Source: an uncultured Bifidobacterium sp. (GTDB lineage Bacteria > Pseudomonadota > Gammaproteobacteria > Burkholderiales > Burkholderiaceae_D). Taken from it: a stretch of 63,091 nucleotides of DNA. The stretch lies in assembly GCA_964613635.1 (NCBI GenBank), contig CAZTIF010000003.1, forward strand, positions 1-63,091. Direction: 5' to 3'. A model generated the notes under the pieces. The model was not told where the DNA came from, made no database searches, and saw only the letters and a list, made by a program, of their open reading frames with translations. Positions 1 through 10,446 of this stretch are shown here, one piece after another (positions within the stretch are counted from its first letter, which is position 1; every line of letters starts with the position of its first letter). Position numbers and translations under genes: made by a program.

Positions 1-1871
1 GCACGCACTGGTAGGGACAGGCGTCGCATAAAAACTGAATTATTCAGGACGGACTGATTAGCCAACTCTTCCGGAGTCCATCGGTCATTTGCCATTGCAC
101 GATCGTTGCGGCTCTCGCCCGGGCTTTCCGGCAACAGCACCGCAACATCAACCCGGTCAATTGGCAAGCCATTGCTTTTCATTGGCAATTCCGATATCTG
201 CAACACGAGCGCATCAACGCGCGGATCTGCCAGCAATGCCCTGCATCCAGCGAAGGCATCTCCACCTGCCAAGCGGGAAACCTTATTGCCAATATATACG
301 TCGTGCGAATCGACCCAACCCACGCAAATATTCTTGCTGATCGTCTTGGCGACCAGCTCCTCGCGGATGTCCCGATGCGCTTCAACTGAGCCGATCAACA
401 CAATCGTCGGGATTCGTCCTCTCCGCGGCACGAGGCGAGGCAGAATGGCGCGGTGCAAATGCCGCGACAATTGAGGCTGTGCGTTCACCTCACAGATCGC
501 CCCGCCGGTTTCATGCCACGGGCGCGAGATATCCGGTATGAGCAAGTCGATTCCAGCAAGATCCAGCCGCAAGACGCTCGCAGCGCGAGAAGCCAGCTCC
601 AGATTATCGGGGTGTACTTTGTCCAGCACCGCCTCCCGTGTCCCGCCGACGTTGATGTTCGCCGGGCCGCGCAGTCGCACATTCTGTCCGGGCAGCGGAA
701 TGCTTTTTAACGTAAGCCCCTGGCTGCCCAGCCAATCTCGCACCTCATCATCGATGGTGATCGGCTTTCTCGCCTGCTCTGCCAGATGATCACTTGGCCG
801 ACTTTTTCTATCGAGATTGGCTCGCCGAATCAGATCCTCGACTGTTTCTGTGCCATTGCCGATGACATAGGCAGGCCTTCTATGCATCGCCCAGATGACC
901 TCACCTTTGTAAACCTGCAGCCGGTAATCATGCCCCTCTACATGCTGTTCAACGAGAATGCGATCGCTGAGGCTTGACGCCGCCGAAAACGCTTTGCGTA
1001 CAGCCTCTGGTGATCGGAGTTGCGTATACACGCCCTTTCCGCCATCGAGATCGGTCGGTTTGAGCACGACTGGATAGCCCAGTCTTTCCGCCGCAGCGAC
1101 GGCCTGCTGCTCATTGGCCACTTGGCGATGCCGTGGCACCGGGAGGCCCGCGTCACGAAGAACCTTGGCGCATGCAAATTTATCGCGCGCCAGACCTGCA
1201 CTGATTCCAGACGTCTCATCGGTGAATGAACTGTCCAGCCAGCGAGCCTTGCTGCCCCAACCAAATTGATAAACATTGTTGGCGACATGCCGCCAAGGTA
1301 TGCATTCGTCGTGAGCAGCCTGCAGGAATCGCAGAGTATTGACACCTGTCGGCGCCTTCCTGGCACAGCTTTTGATGAGCTTGTAAAAATCTTCGGAAAG
1401 GCTTGCAAGCGCAATCTCGCGTCCGTCCGTCAATGAGTTGAAAAGCTGCGCAGCCCAGCCAATCGCCCGCCTGGGTGCCGCAATACCAACATCGATGGCG
1501 GGCAGCCCAAGCATCCAATGAATTTGAGCTCCCCGCCGGATTTGTCTGGCTTGGACTCCCGCCATGATTGGCATTCCGGCCGTGGACAATATATCCAGAG
1601 AAGTGCTGGCCAAACGAGCCAGTATCGGATGCTCCGCCACGATTTTCGGAAGCCTGTGTGGCTGTCGATTTCGCAGAAGCGCCTCAGTAATCTCATCGTA
1701 CTGATCCAGAGTACTCTGCCGAATTTCGCCAACAAGAATGCAGACGTCAAAAATGAACGCTGGCTGCCGCATCCCTCGCCAGTAACCTGCCTCGAAGCGA
1801 CTCCTGGCCAGATCGACCCTGATGAAGGGATCTGCTACTTCGTTTGTGTGGATGATGCGGGAATTTTCCAT
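1..1871 (-). CDS. Cyanophycin synthetase-like ATP-grasp protein (N + G domains, degenerate Mur-like domain); partial, 3' end beyond window start
   Basis: Absent from the ORF track because it has no stop in the window. Hand translation from ATG 1871 is open to base 1: MENSRII...QFGWGSKARWLDSSFTD...AGLPVP...LGYPVVLKPTDLDGGKGV...VEQHVEGHDYRL...LRLDLAGIDLLIPDI...ICEVNAQPQ...GRIPTIVLIG. Collinear with the paralogues at 5544-7499 and 28911-30875. Confidence 0.88.
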   Translation of the reverse strand, partial: MENSRIIHTNEVADPFIRVDLARSRFEAGYWRGMRQPAFIFDVCILVGEIRQSTLDQYDEITEALLRNRQPHRLPKIVAEHPILARLASTSLDILSTAGMPIMAGVQARQIRRGAQIHWMLGLPAIDVGIAAPRRAIGWAAQLFNSLTDGREIALASLSEDFYKLIKSCARKAPTGVNTLRFLQAAHDECIPWRHVANNVYQFGWGSKARWLDSSFTDETSGISAGLARDKFACAKVLRDAGLPVPRHRQVANEQQAVAAAERLGYPVVLKPTDLDGGKGVYTQLRSPEAVRKAFSAASSLSDRILVEQHVEGHDYRLQVYKGEVIWAMHRRPAYVIGNGTETVEDLIRRANLDRKSRPSDHLAEQARKPITIDDEVRDWLGSQGLTLKSIPLPGQNVRLRGPANINVGGTREAVLDKVHPDNLELASRAASVLRLDLAGIDLLIPDISRPWHETGGAICEVNAQPQLSRHLHRAILPRLVPRRGRIPTIVLIGSVEAHRDIREELVAKTISKNICVGWVDSHDVYIGNKVSRLAGGDAFAGCRALLADPRVDALVLQISELPMKSNGLPIDRVDVAVLLPESPGESRNDRAMANDRWTPEELANQSVLNNSVFMRRLSLPVR

Positions 1872-2159
1872 TGATTTATATTTTTTAAGGAAAACGTTTT
1901 TGCAGGTGACATGTCACATGCCCAAATTCAGGCATTGAGCTCTGCGAGCCTGACTTCACAGGCCACCGCGCTCCTGATGGGGAGACACTGATTTCAGTGA
2001 TCTGCATGCCCTCATGCGGAGGGCAGGCCTTGACCATCGCCCCGTCGGGTTTGATGCAGTGATTAACGGATTTTCTCCGGAGTTTTGTGCATTTTATATG
2101 CAATCCATATGGGAAAAATAGGAAGCTTGGCGCATTCTTTGCGCGCTCCCGAAAATCTC

Positions 2160-2300
2160 GGTGGAATGACGGATTCCACTGCGCAGCGCCTCACGGCACC
2201 CAAGGCAGAGAATACGAGGCTCAAGCGACGACTGACAGAATTGACCTCCGCCGAAAGCGGCGGCATGGCTACCGACGACTGCCTGTGCTGTTGCGATGGC
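2160..2300 (+). mobile_element. Decayed IS3-family (IS407-like) transposase fragment
   Basis: One frame reads GGMTDSTAQRLTAPKAENTRLKRRL (IS3 OrfA-type GGM..S.A.RL..LE.EN.RLK). An adjacent frame reads RKRRHGYRRLPVLLR (OrfB-type RRRFGYRRL.VLLR). No intact ORF or terminal repeats seen. Confidence 0.65.
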
Positions 2301-2570
2301 CGGATGCTTCCCGCCGCGTAAGCAAAGGCTTCAGTTGTGCTCGGCTCGGGATCCTTGCCGCGCGGTACTCCCGCAGCACCTCCATCGTCCGGCTGCGCGC
2401 TTCCTCGGCCCTCTGCATGGGATCATCAGTGGCCGCCAGTCGTTCAAGACGGGATTCGGTGAGCGTTATAATCATGGTCTTTCAGGACAAGACGAGGACA
2501 AAGGCAAGCGTTCCGACGCGCCGACCACTCGTTGACCGTTTCACCACCCTGCAACCAGCGGTTGCAGGAT

Positions 2571-2603
2571 CGGCACTTCGACGATGCCCACATTGGTTTC
2601 GAT
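2571..2603 (-). repeat. Inverted copy of ychF internal sequence (pairs with 2736-2768)
   Basis: The reverse complement of 2571-2603 is atcgaAAccaatgtgggcatcgtcgaagtgccg. ychF 2736-2768 is atcgaGCccaatgtgggcatcgtcgaagtgccg. They are 31/33 identical with 26 bp perfect. Confidence 0.9.
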
Positions 2604-2627
2604 GTGCCTTTAAATTCAAGGAATTCC

Positions 2628-3719
<1,092 letters not shown>

Positions 3720-3735
3720 TTTCGCCCTCTATTTC

Positions 3736-3766
3736 CCGCCGCGAATCCCTTGGCGAATCGCGGCGG
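3736..3766. terminator. GC-rich hairpin between convergent ychF and methyltransferase genes
   Basis: ccgccgcga...tcgcggcgg 9-bp inverted repeat with no clear U-tract. Confidence 0.35.
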
Positions 3767-3785
3767 CTCGTGCGGCAAAACGCGG

Positions 3786-4613
3786 TCAGCACCTCGCAGG
3801 ATCGTTGCCCTCCTGGTTCGTTGGCTTGGTCGCCGATATGAACAAGTAGAGAGCCGCGTGGCGACGCCAAAAATCAAGCCGTGGATTTCTGGCGCAGGCC
3901 TCAGCATCTGGAGTTGGCTCCTTGATATGGCGCAGTACCAAGCCAGATTCGAGAACACCATTGATGCAGTCGCTCAGGGTGAACGGGAAGCGCAAATTGC
4001 TGAAAGTGGTCCGCCCCTCGGCTGCATCGTTTCCACCGGAAAAGGCCCAATTTTCCACCCACGGATCTTTGTTGAAATATTCTCCAATTAGCAGCCCTGC
4101 CGGATTTGTTTCGGAGCTGCGCACTATGCCCATTCTCTTCGTAAAATAAGATGGGTGCCTGATACAAAACATCAGCCTCCCTCCGGGGCGCAAGACTCGC
4201 GAAAATTCTTTCATCGCAGCGGCATAGCACGACATGTCGCTCAAGGCCATCCACGACGTTACCAGGTCAAAGGAGGAATCGGCAAACTCCATTTCAGCAG
4301 CAGACCCTTGATAATAAGAGATGTCCAGTGGATGTTCAGATTCGTACTGTTTGGCGTTTTCAATCATCTTTTGCGAGAGATCAATCGCGGATACGCGTGC
4401 ACCGGCACGCGCAAGCATTCTTGAACTTGTGCCTTCGCCACAGCCTCCATCCAAAACATCAAGACTCGCAATATCTCCGAGAAATTTCATGAAAACAGGC
4501 TCCAGAAATTCGTGTCGGTACACATCCTGCCCGGAGCGAATTTGCATCGCCCACTGATCGGAATTGTTGTTCCATTTTTTTTGCACCTCGGGGTCAGTAT
4601 CGCTGAAATTCAT
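3786..4613 (-). CDS. Class I SAM-dependent methyltransferase
   Basis: Motif I VLDGGCGEG, then IDLS, FADSSFDLV, RVLRPGG. ATG 4613 lies 2 nt after the sulfotransferase stop. Confidence 0.9.
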   Translation of the reverse strand: MNFSDTDPEVQKKWNNNSDQWAMQIRSGQDVYRHEFLEPVFMKFLGDIASLDVLDGGCGEGTSSRMLARAGARVSAIDLSQKMIENAKQYESEHPLDISYYQGSAAEMEFADSSFDLVTSWMALSDMSCYAAAMKEFSRVLRPGGRLMFCIRHPSYFTKRMGIVRSSETNPAGLLIGEYFNKDPWVENWAFSGGNDAAEGRTTFSNLRFPFTLSDCINGVLESGLVLRHIKEPTPDAEACARNPRLDFWRRHAALYLFISATKPTNQEGNDPARC

Positions 4614-4615
4614 AA

Positions 4616-5455
4616 TCAATTCACCTTAACATGCTTGTTTAGCCAGTTGCCCAAGTCGCGATCAATCATCGTTTGCACAAGCAAAATATCTTGTTCAAAA
4701 AATCTGGATAGGGATCTCCCGGTTTGATAATCCAAAATCGGCTTGCTCTCCGGAGCCACGTTATACCACTCGCCTGCATCGAATTTCATCCGGTCCACCT
4801 TCAGAAAATCTGTTATCTCATCGAGAAATGCCGAGGGGGAGGCGAGCATGTCGTCGTACAGCATGATCTTGGTTTGTTTTGGGGTGAAAATAGACTGGAC
4901 CTGAGCCAAGGATCGAGAGTACAAGCCATGCCTGAGGAAGTGACGTAGTCCCCACCAGAATTCGTCTATCTGCCATGGCTCTTTGCGCAGAGCCGTCTGG
5001 AAATCATTGTCAGGAGTCCAATGATTGGCGTGGTCCATGGCGTAATGAGAAATTGCACGTTGCAAAGGGTCGCGAAGAATCAAAATGATTTTGGCGTTCG
5101 GAAAGCGCGCTCGGATTCGCTGGCAAGCCTGATAATCGTACATGTAAGTGGGGGAAATTTCTCCCCTAATTACCCCCTGCCGTGAGGCATCCCACTGTTG
5201 GATATAGCTCTCGAAATTCTTTGGTACTCGGGAATTGCAAATCATCTTGAAACGTAAAAGTGATTCCTGAAGCAAGGCCGTGCCATGTCGTCGCGCGATC
5301 TCATTAAAATCCGGCCCTTGGCCATCGACGTGGAAGAATCTCGTCCATTTTTGGCGACTCATCTCTATCAAGGGGTGCTGATTGAGATAATTATGCAGAG
5401 ATGTCGTTCCTGCTTTAACTGCTCCAAGCACAAAAAAATCAATCATGTTATCCAC
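4616..5455 (-). CDS. PAPS-dependent sulfotransferase family protein
   Basis: 5'-PSB loop GAVKAGTTSL, GEISPTY, 3'-PB motif LRDPLQRAISHY. Confidence 0.9.
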   Translation of the reverse strand: MDNMIDFFVLGAVKAGTTSLHNYLNQHPLIEMSRQKWTRFFHVDGQGPDFNEIARRHGTALLQESLLRFKMICNSRVPKNFESYIQQWDASRQGVIRGEISPTYMYDYQACQRIRARFPNAKIILILRDPLQRAISHYAMDHANHWTPDNDFQTALRKEPWQIDEFWWGLRHFLRHGLYSRSLAQVQSIFTPKQTKIMLYDDMLASPSAFLDEITDFLKVDRMKFDAGEWYNVAPESKPILDYQTGRSLSRFFEQDILLVQTMIDRDLGNWLNKHVKVN

Positions 5456-5543
5456 GCAAAGTAATTCATGTCACGGACATCCGCCTCCAGATCACGAACT
5501 TGTCGTGCCCACCGCCCCAAATTCAGGTTCTGCCCGTTGCTGG

Positions 5544-7499
5544 TCATTGCGGGCACAAGTAATCAAATAAATGCTCCAACATCCTATTTCTGGAAGTGGT
5601 GTGGTGCGTAAGCTTGTTGCCGTCAGTGCTGTCGATCAGCCATTCAATTCGCTCTTTTGCAAATTGGCAAGCAGGGTCATCGGAGTCTATCAAGACAACT
5701 TTCGGACGAAGCGTCTTCGCTGACCGAGCCAATTTTTCAATCTTCAATGCCGAAGCCGCAGGATTTTCAACGTCCGGACCACCAACCAGTAGCAGGACAT
5801 CACTCTTGTCTATGGGCCATCCCGAAGTTGGCGCGTCAACTTCAGCGACCGAAATGACGATGGCATCCACGGTTGTGTCAACCAGTAAGATCCGAGTGGC
5901 ATCAAATATATTCGAGCCAGCGTTCGAGATGACTCTTCCTCCAAGGGAAACGGAATCGGGTGATACGTACCCGGCATTCCTGTAATAACCAAGAATGGAC
6001 TGGTAAATCTTCTTGCTGAAGGCGCAGTTGGCCGAAGTCGTCAATATCACCACGGTAGGAATGCGCCCCTGTTCCGTCGGGATGATGGACTTCAGCATCG
6101 GAGCGTGCATCGTGGTGAACATTTGAGGCTGGGAATTGACTTCGCAAATTCCTGCATCGCTCTCGAGCCAGGACGTGCGGATATCCGGAATTAACAAATC
6201 GATTCCCGCAACATCCAGCCGCAGAGCGCGAGCGGCTCTTTGCGCAAGTATCAGATTGTCGGCATGAATCTCTCCCAAAGGGATTTCTCGGGGTATGCCG
6301 CCACTGGCAACATTGGCAGCGCCGCGCAGGCGGACGAACACCCCTGCGGGCGGTACGTCATTCCAATTCATTTTTGCGTCCGAGAGCATCCTCTCAGCTT
6401 CGTGATCGGCAAGAATAGGGTGAAGGAAGCGTCGATCATCCTGGGCGATCGATCGTTCATGATTTTCCATTTCCACCAGTTCGCGAACCGAGTGCTTGCC
6501 GTCCCCTGTGACCCCGCCCGGGACCCGTTCCACAACGCCGAGTACTTCGCCGTTCACCACCAGCATCCGGAAATCATTTCCTTCAACATGTTTTTCAATG
6601 ACGATGTTTTTCGAGTGCCTGGCGGCATGGGCATAAGCGGCGCGAACAGATGCCTCATCCCTCAGAAAAGCCCCAACGCCGACACCCCCCTCCAGATCCG
6701 CAGGCTTCACAACGACCGGATAGCCAATTTTTTTCGCGAGCGTCATCGCTTCGTCATCAGACCGCACGGGTGCCTGAACAGGTACGGGCAGACCAGCTGC
6801 GCGTAACACATCGCTGGTTTGTTGCTTGTTCTTGGAGATCATGACGGCGATATTGGGAGTGCCATCCGTTATCGAGCTATGGAGAAGCCGCGAATTTTTT
6901 CCATAGCCGAGTTGGAAGACGCCGCGAGAGAACCTGAACCACGGTATCCCCAGCCGATGGGCCTCTTTCAGGAAATGCAGCGAATTAAAGCCGATCAATC
7001 CATGATGTTTCAACTGCGGCTCTGCGGCTGCAATCAACCCCGAGATTTTTTCCCTCAGCGACTCTTCGGACTCGACCGGCGCATGGGCGATACTGAGCAA
7101 CTCCAGCCCGACGCGAATTGCGGCGAGCGAGGGTTGGGCTTCAAGACAAGGCAGGATGACGATCCAGGAATGCGGGTTCTTTGCCCTGGCCGATGTTATT
7201 CGGGGCAAATTCAGAACCGGTTGACTGCGGTTTTCGAGCAGGCAGCGCACCCAAAACAGAAAATGGTCGATGCGCTTTTCTTCCAGATCAAACAGTTGGA
7301 TCTGATCCGTCGGTGGCGCAAGCGATCTCATCACCCGGGTGATTTTCGCGAAATTTTCCCTGAATTCACGCAGGAAGGAATCAATGCTTCGGTCAAATTC
7401 AATTTGAAAGACGATGCAAGGCTGATCGAGGCCGAACATATACCCTGGATAAAAAATCGGGTTGCCGATCAAGGCCACTGCTGCATGATTGCGATTCAT
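5544..7499 (-). CDS. Cyanophycin synthetase-like ATP-grasp protein lacking the Mur P-loop
   Basis: QLGYGKN, AGLPVP, GYPVVVKPADLEGGVGV, EKHVEGNDFR, VTGDG, ANVASGG, AGIDLLIPDI, CEVNSQP, then GRIPTVVIL with no GTNGKT. Start 7499 chosen by length of paralogues; the ORF extends to 7598. Confidence 0.88.
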   Translation of the reverse strand: MNRNHAAVALIGNPIFYPGYMFGLDQPCIVFQIEFDRSIDSFLREFRENFAKITRVMRSLAPPTDQIQLFDLEEKRIDHFLFWVRCLLENRSQPVLNLPRITSARAKNPHSWIVILPCLEAQPSLAAIRVGLELLSIAHAPVESEESLREKISGLIAAAEPQLKHHGLIGFNSLHFLKEAHRLGIPWFRFSRGVFQLGYGKNSRLLHSSITDGTPNIAVMISKNKQQTSDVLRAAGLPVPVQAPVRSDDEAMTLAKKIGYPVVVKPADLEGGVGVGAFLRDEASVRAAYAHAARHSKNIVIEKHVEGNDFRMLVVNGEVLGVVERVPGGVTGDGKHSVRELVEMENHERSIAQDDRRFLHPILADHEAERMLSDAKMNWNDVPPAGVFVRLRGAANVASGGIPREIPLGEIHADNLILAQRAARALRLDVAGIDLLIPDIRTSWLESDAGICEVNSQPQMFTTMHAPMLKSIIPTEQGRIPTVVILTTSANCAFSKKIYQSILGYYRNAGYVSPDSVSLGGRVISNAGSNIFDATRILLVDTTVDAIVISVAEVDAPTSGWPIDKSDVLLLVGGPDVENPAASALKIEKLARSAKTLRPKVVLIDSDDPACQFAKERIEWLIDSTDGNKLTHHTTSRNRMLEHLFDYLCPQ

Positions 7500-8269
7500 T
7501 TTCAGTTGTCGAAGTTCACTGCGGAATGTAAGGGCCGCTTGCTTCCGGGTGATCTGTTGGAAATGAAGGGTTTCATTTTCAGAACCCGAAGCGGCCATGG
7601 ATTATGCGGCCTCTCGGTGCTTCCAGCACTTGCCGGGCATGCAGCACACGACGATGGTCCAGCATCAGGAAGGCGGCAAATGTCGTCATTCCGGTTCATG
7701 TTGCCTGCACGCCGTGCAAGGAATACCAACGCCGCCAACGGCCCGACGAGACAGTCTCCTGGCGTGTGATGAAATGGCATTGCTTCGGCATTTAATATTC
7801 GATAATTCGGCACGAGAGTCATTTCTTGCGCAGCCGGTCTATGGGCGCAACCGTGTCGAGGCGATATTGGCGGTCATGACGGAAAGCCCTACGCCCCAAT
7901 ACGGAGGCGTCTGTCAAATTGCCGCCGGCCTCACCGTTTCAATGCGCTCACTTTGAAATATCCGCTCGGACTCTGCCGTGGTCACTTTTCAGAGTAATGG
8001 TTACGGATGTCATTATATTCCGGTGTCCACGGGCTTCTGGCCATGCCGGCTTTTGAATCTGGCGGCCTGCGCCTCACGCGCTGGATTTTCCGTGCGGCTG
8101 ACATCCGCTTTCACGTCATGCCTGCCCGACCATTGGATTGTGAGATGTGCTCAAATTACGTGCGGATGCGTCTTTCTCGCCGAAACCGGACGAGCGCCAT
8201 CGGCAGGATGCCTTTGCCCACCTTGCCCCTGCCTTCAGACATCAGGGCCCACGCTTTCAGGACGCATGC

Positions 8270-9007
8270 ATGTTCGCCTTCGCCTTTTCCATCGTCGCGT
8301 ACGCGGCCTTCCTGCTGACGTCAGTCTATGCAACGGCATTTCTCGGCGGTTTTGCGCTGCCTGCCACCATCGACGGACCGCAGACCCATGCGTTCGCCGA
8401 GGCCATCGTCGTGGATATCGTGCTGCTGTTGATGTTCGGCTTGCAGCACAGCGTGATGGCGCGCCCGGCATTCAAGCGCGCCTGGACACGCTGGATTCCC
8501 GAATCGCTTGAGCGCAGCACCTATGTGATCATGTCCTGCCTGATGCTGCTGGCCTTTTTCGTGTTCTGGCGTCCGATCGGGGGTGTGGTGTGGGAATTGT
8601 CCAGCCCCTGGAGCGATTGGCTGTGGGGCGGGTATGCCGCAGGATGGCTGGTCCTGACCCTGTCCTCCTTCATGATCAGCCATACCGAACTGTTCGGCCT
8701 CAGCCAGGCCTGGCATTCGCTGCGTGGCAAAACCATGCCCGTCCAGCGTTTTCGCGCACAATGGTTCTACAAGGTGGTGCGCCATCCGATCATGCTGGGC
8801 TTCCTGATCGCGTTCTGGTCCGTGCCCCGAATGACCGTTGGACATCTGGTTTTCTCGGTCGGCATGACTGCATATATCCTGATTGGCCTGTACTTCGAGG
8901 AGCGCGACCTCGTGGCGGCGTTGGGTGACGACTACCGGGCGTACCGCTCGCGGGTACCCATGCTGCTGCCTTGGCTGAACAAGCGTCCCCCTGCACGGCG
9001 GCCTTGA
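8270..9007 (+). CDS. mddA: Methanethiol S-methyltransferase MddA-like membrane methyltransferase (ICMT/NnrU-like fold)
   Basis: FGLQHSVMARPAFK..W...IP..LERSTYV, HTELFGL.Q, YKVVRHPIMLGF, MT.GHL, YILIG..FEERDL, YR.RVPMLLP. Start uncertain (ORF from 8147). Confidence 0.75.
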   Translation: MFAFAFSIVAYAAFLLTSVYATAFLGGFALPATIDGPQTHAFAEAIVVDIVLLLMFGLQHSVMARPAFKRAWTRWIPESLERSTYVIMSCLMLLAFFVFWRPIGGVVWELSSPWSDWLWGGYAAGWLVLTLSSFMISHTELFGLSQAWHSLRGKTMPVQRFRAQWFYKVVRHPIMLGFLIAFWSVPRMTVGHLVFSVGMTAYILIGLYFEERDLVAALGDDYRAYRSRVPMLLPWLNKRPPARRP

Positions 9008-9023
9008 GCGCGGCCGTCCGCCT

Positions 9024-9596
9024 TCAGTTCGAAGGCGGTGCCGGCAGCTCGATGCGCATCAGCACGAACCGGAACGCATACAGTGCGAACAGTATCCCCA
9101 GCAGGTCGCTCAGGAAGGCCGAGCCGACCTTGCTTGCGAGCTCGCCCTCGTGCAGATGCATGAACACGATGGTCTCGCGCACGAGCCCATTCAGCGCCGC
9201 GAACACCAGGCTCAGCTGCAAAAGCAATTGCCAGGTCAGTCCCGACAGGTCGGACGACAGCTGCCGCCGGAAAATCCGGCAGGCCAGCAGCGGCATCAGG
9301 CCACCGGCAGCGGCCACCTGTGCCGCAAGTGCGTAATTGCCGGGAAAAAGCACCAGCGCGCACCAGGCGAAACAGAACAAGGCAATCGCCGCCGATCCGA
9401 TCCAGCCGGTCAGCAGAACCAGCAGCAATTTCACGCCGGTCGACAGCCGGAGCAGGTCAGCTCCCGGCACATCCCCCAAGGTGCGGATCAGCACATCATT
9501 GAGCGCATAGACCGTCGCATAACCGAGCACGGCAGCAAGGAAGACACCGAGCGGATGATTGATTCTTGTTGTGTACATCATTTGTCCCGTCCTCAC
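9024..9596 (-). CDS. Multi-pass membrane protein (MASE1-like hypothetical)
   Basis: 190 aa with about 5-6 hydrophobic segments, GVKLLLVLLTGWIG and SDLLG. Co-oriented downstream of the wHTH gene. Confidence 0.7.
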   Translation of the reverse strand: MRTGQMMYTTRINHPLGVFLAAVLGYATVYALNDVLIRTLGDVPGADLLRLSTGVKLLLVLLTGWIGSAAIALFCFAWCALVLFPGNYALAAQVAAAGGLMPLLACRIFRRQLSSDLSGLTWQLLLQLSLVFAALNGLVRETIVFMHLHEGELASKVGSAFLSDLLGILFALYAFRFVLMRIELPAPPSN

Positions 9597-9673
9597 ATTC
9601 GCTGCGTCAGACTGCCTGATGAAAGCCGTACGGTAAACAGGCGCGGCGGACTGCCGCCGGGGCCGGCCTGAGC

Positions 9674-10033
9674 TCAGCCCTGCTCTTTCACTGCCTTCAG
9701 CATGCAGCGGGCCACCTTGTCGAAATACGTCATCGCCGCCGGTGTCAGGTCGAGCTGCTTGCGGCGCGCGTCTTCGGTATCGGCAAGATAAATCCAGCCC
9801 TTCTCGCGCATCGACTTCAGCCGGCCATGCAGCATCGCCGGCGAGCCGAGTTCCGACATGCCCATCAGGTCCTTGACCGACAGCCGCTGCTGCGTGTGGT
9901 GCGCGTTTGCCACGATCATCAGGATGCGCTCTTCAAGCGGCTCCAGTGGCGGCAGCGTCGGCAGGCTGCGCAGCGCCTCGGCCAGCTGGATGAAGCGCAG
10001 ATAAAGGTCAGCGAATTTGGTTGACTTGCCCAT
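9674..10033 (-). CDS. Winged-helix (MarR-like) DNA-binding protein
   Basis: 119 aa from ATG 10033: LSVKDLMGMSELGSPAMLHGRLKSMREKGWI, and a MarR-type wing DARRKQLDLT. Confidence 0.8.
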   Translation of the reverse strand: MGKSTKFADLYLRFIQLAEALRSLPTLPPLEPLEERILMIVANAHHTQQRLSVKDLMGMSELGSPAMLHGRLKSMREKGWIYLADTEDARRKQLDLTPAAMTYFDKVARCMLKAVKEQG

Positions 10034-10446
10034 GATGTCGAATCCTTGCGTGTAAGGTCCCGGCCATGAGGGGGCGGAACCGGTGCACACGATACATCGG
10101 AAAGCCTCGTCGCGTTGGCAACGTGCCAATCCTGCATCGTCTGGCGGGTCCCAGTGCGCTGGATGAAAAGCCGGGCGCAGCTTGGCGCACAGTGTGCCAT
10201 TCGAGGATCGGCGCGATGTGCGCTGATTAACCCATGGTTTGAAGTTACAGCTTATATACCTATGCGCGGTTGCGCCATCCTCCGGGCATTGATGCAATCG
10301 ACCTTTGGGTGCTTTTTCTGGAATGGATCTGAAATCCGAACCGACACCGGTTGGATTGCCCGTCCGCAATGCGGTCCTTGTCGCGTGGCATGCCCGCGAA
10401 GACCGGGCATGCGGCGCACGTGCCGGATGCCCCGCCCCCGCGCGGT

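Noticed and set aside
89..1874. Many short ORFs listed in the track
   Set aside because: All overlap the single open minus-strand CphA-like frame.
1906..1917. Palindrome gtgacatgtcac as a Crp box
   Set aside because: The half-site spacing is wrong for Crp. A site for another factor cannot be supported.
2269..2475. 68-aa minus-strand ORF upstream of ychF
   Set aside because: No recognisable motif, and it overlaps the IS scar.
7500..8260. RiPP precursor peptide for the ATP-grasp enzymes (also sought at 1880-2600 and 30880-31170)
   Set aside because: No short ORF with a leader motif, double-Gly site or core repeats and a credible RBS was found.
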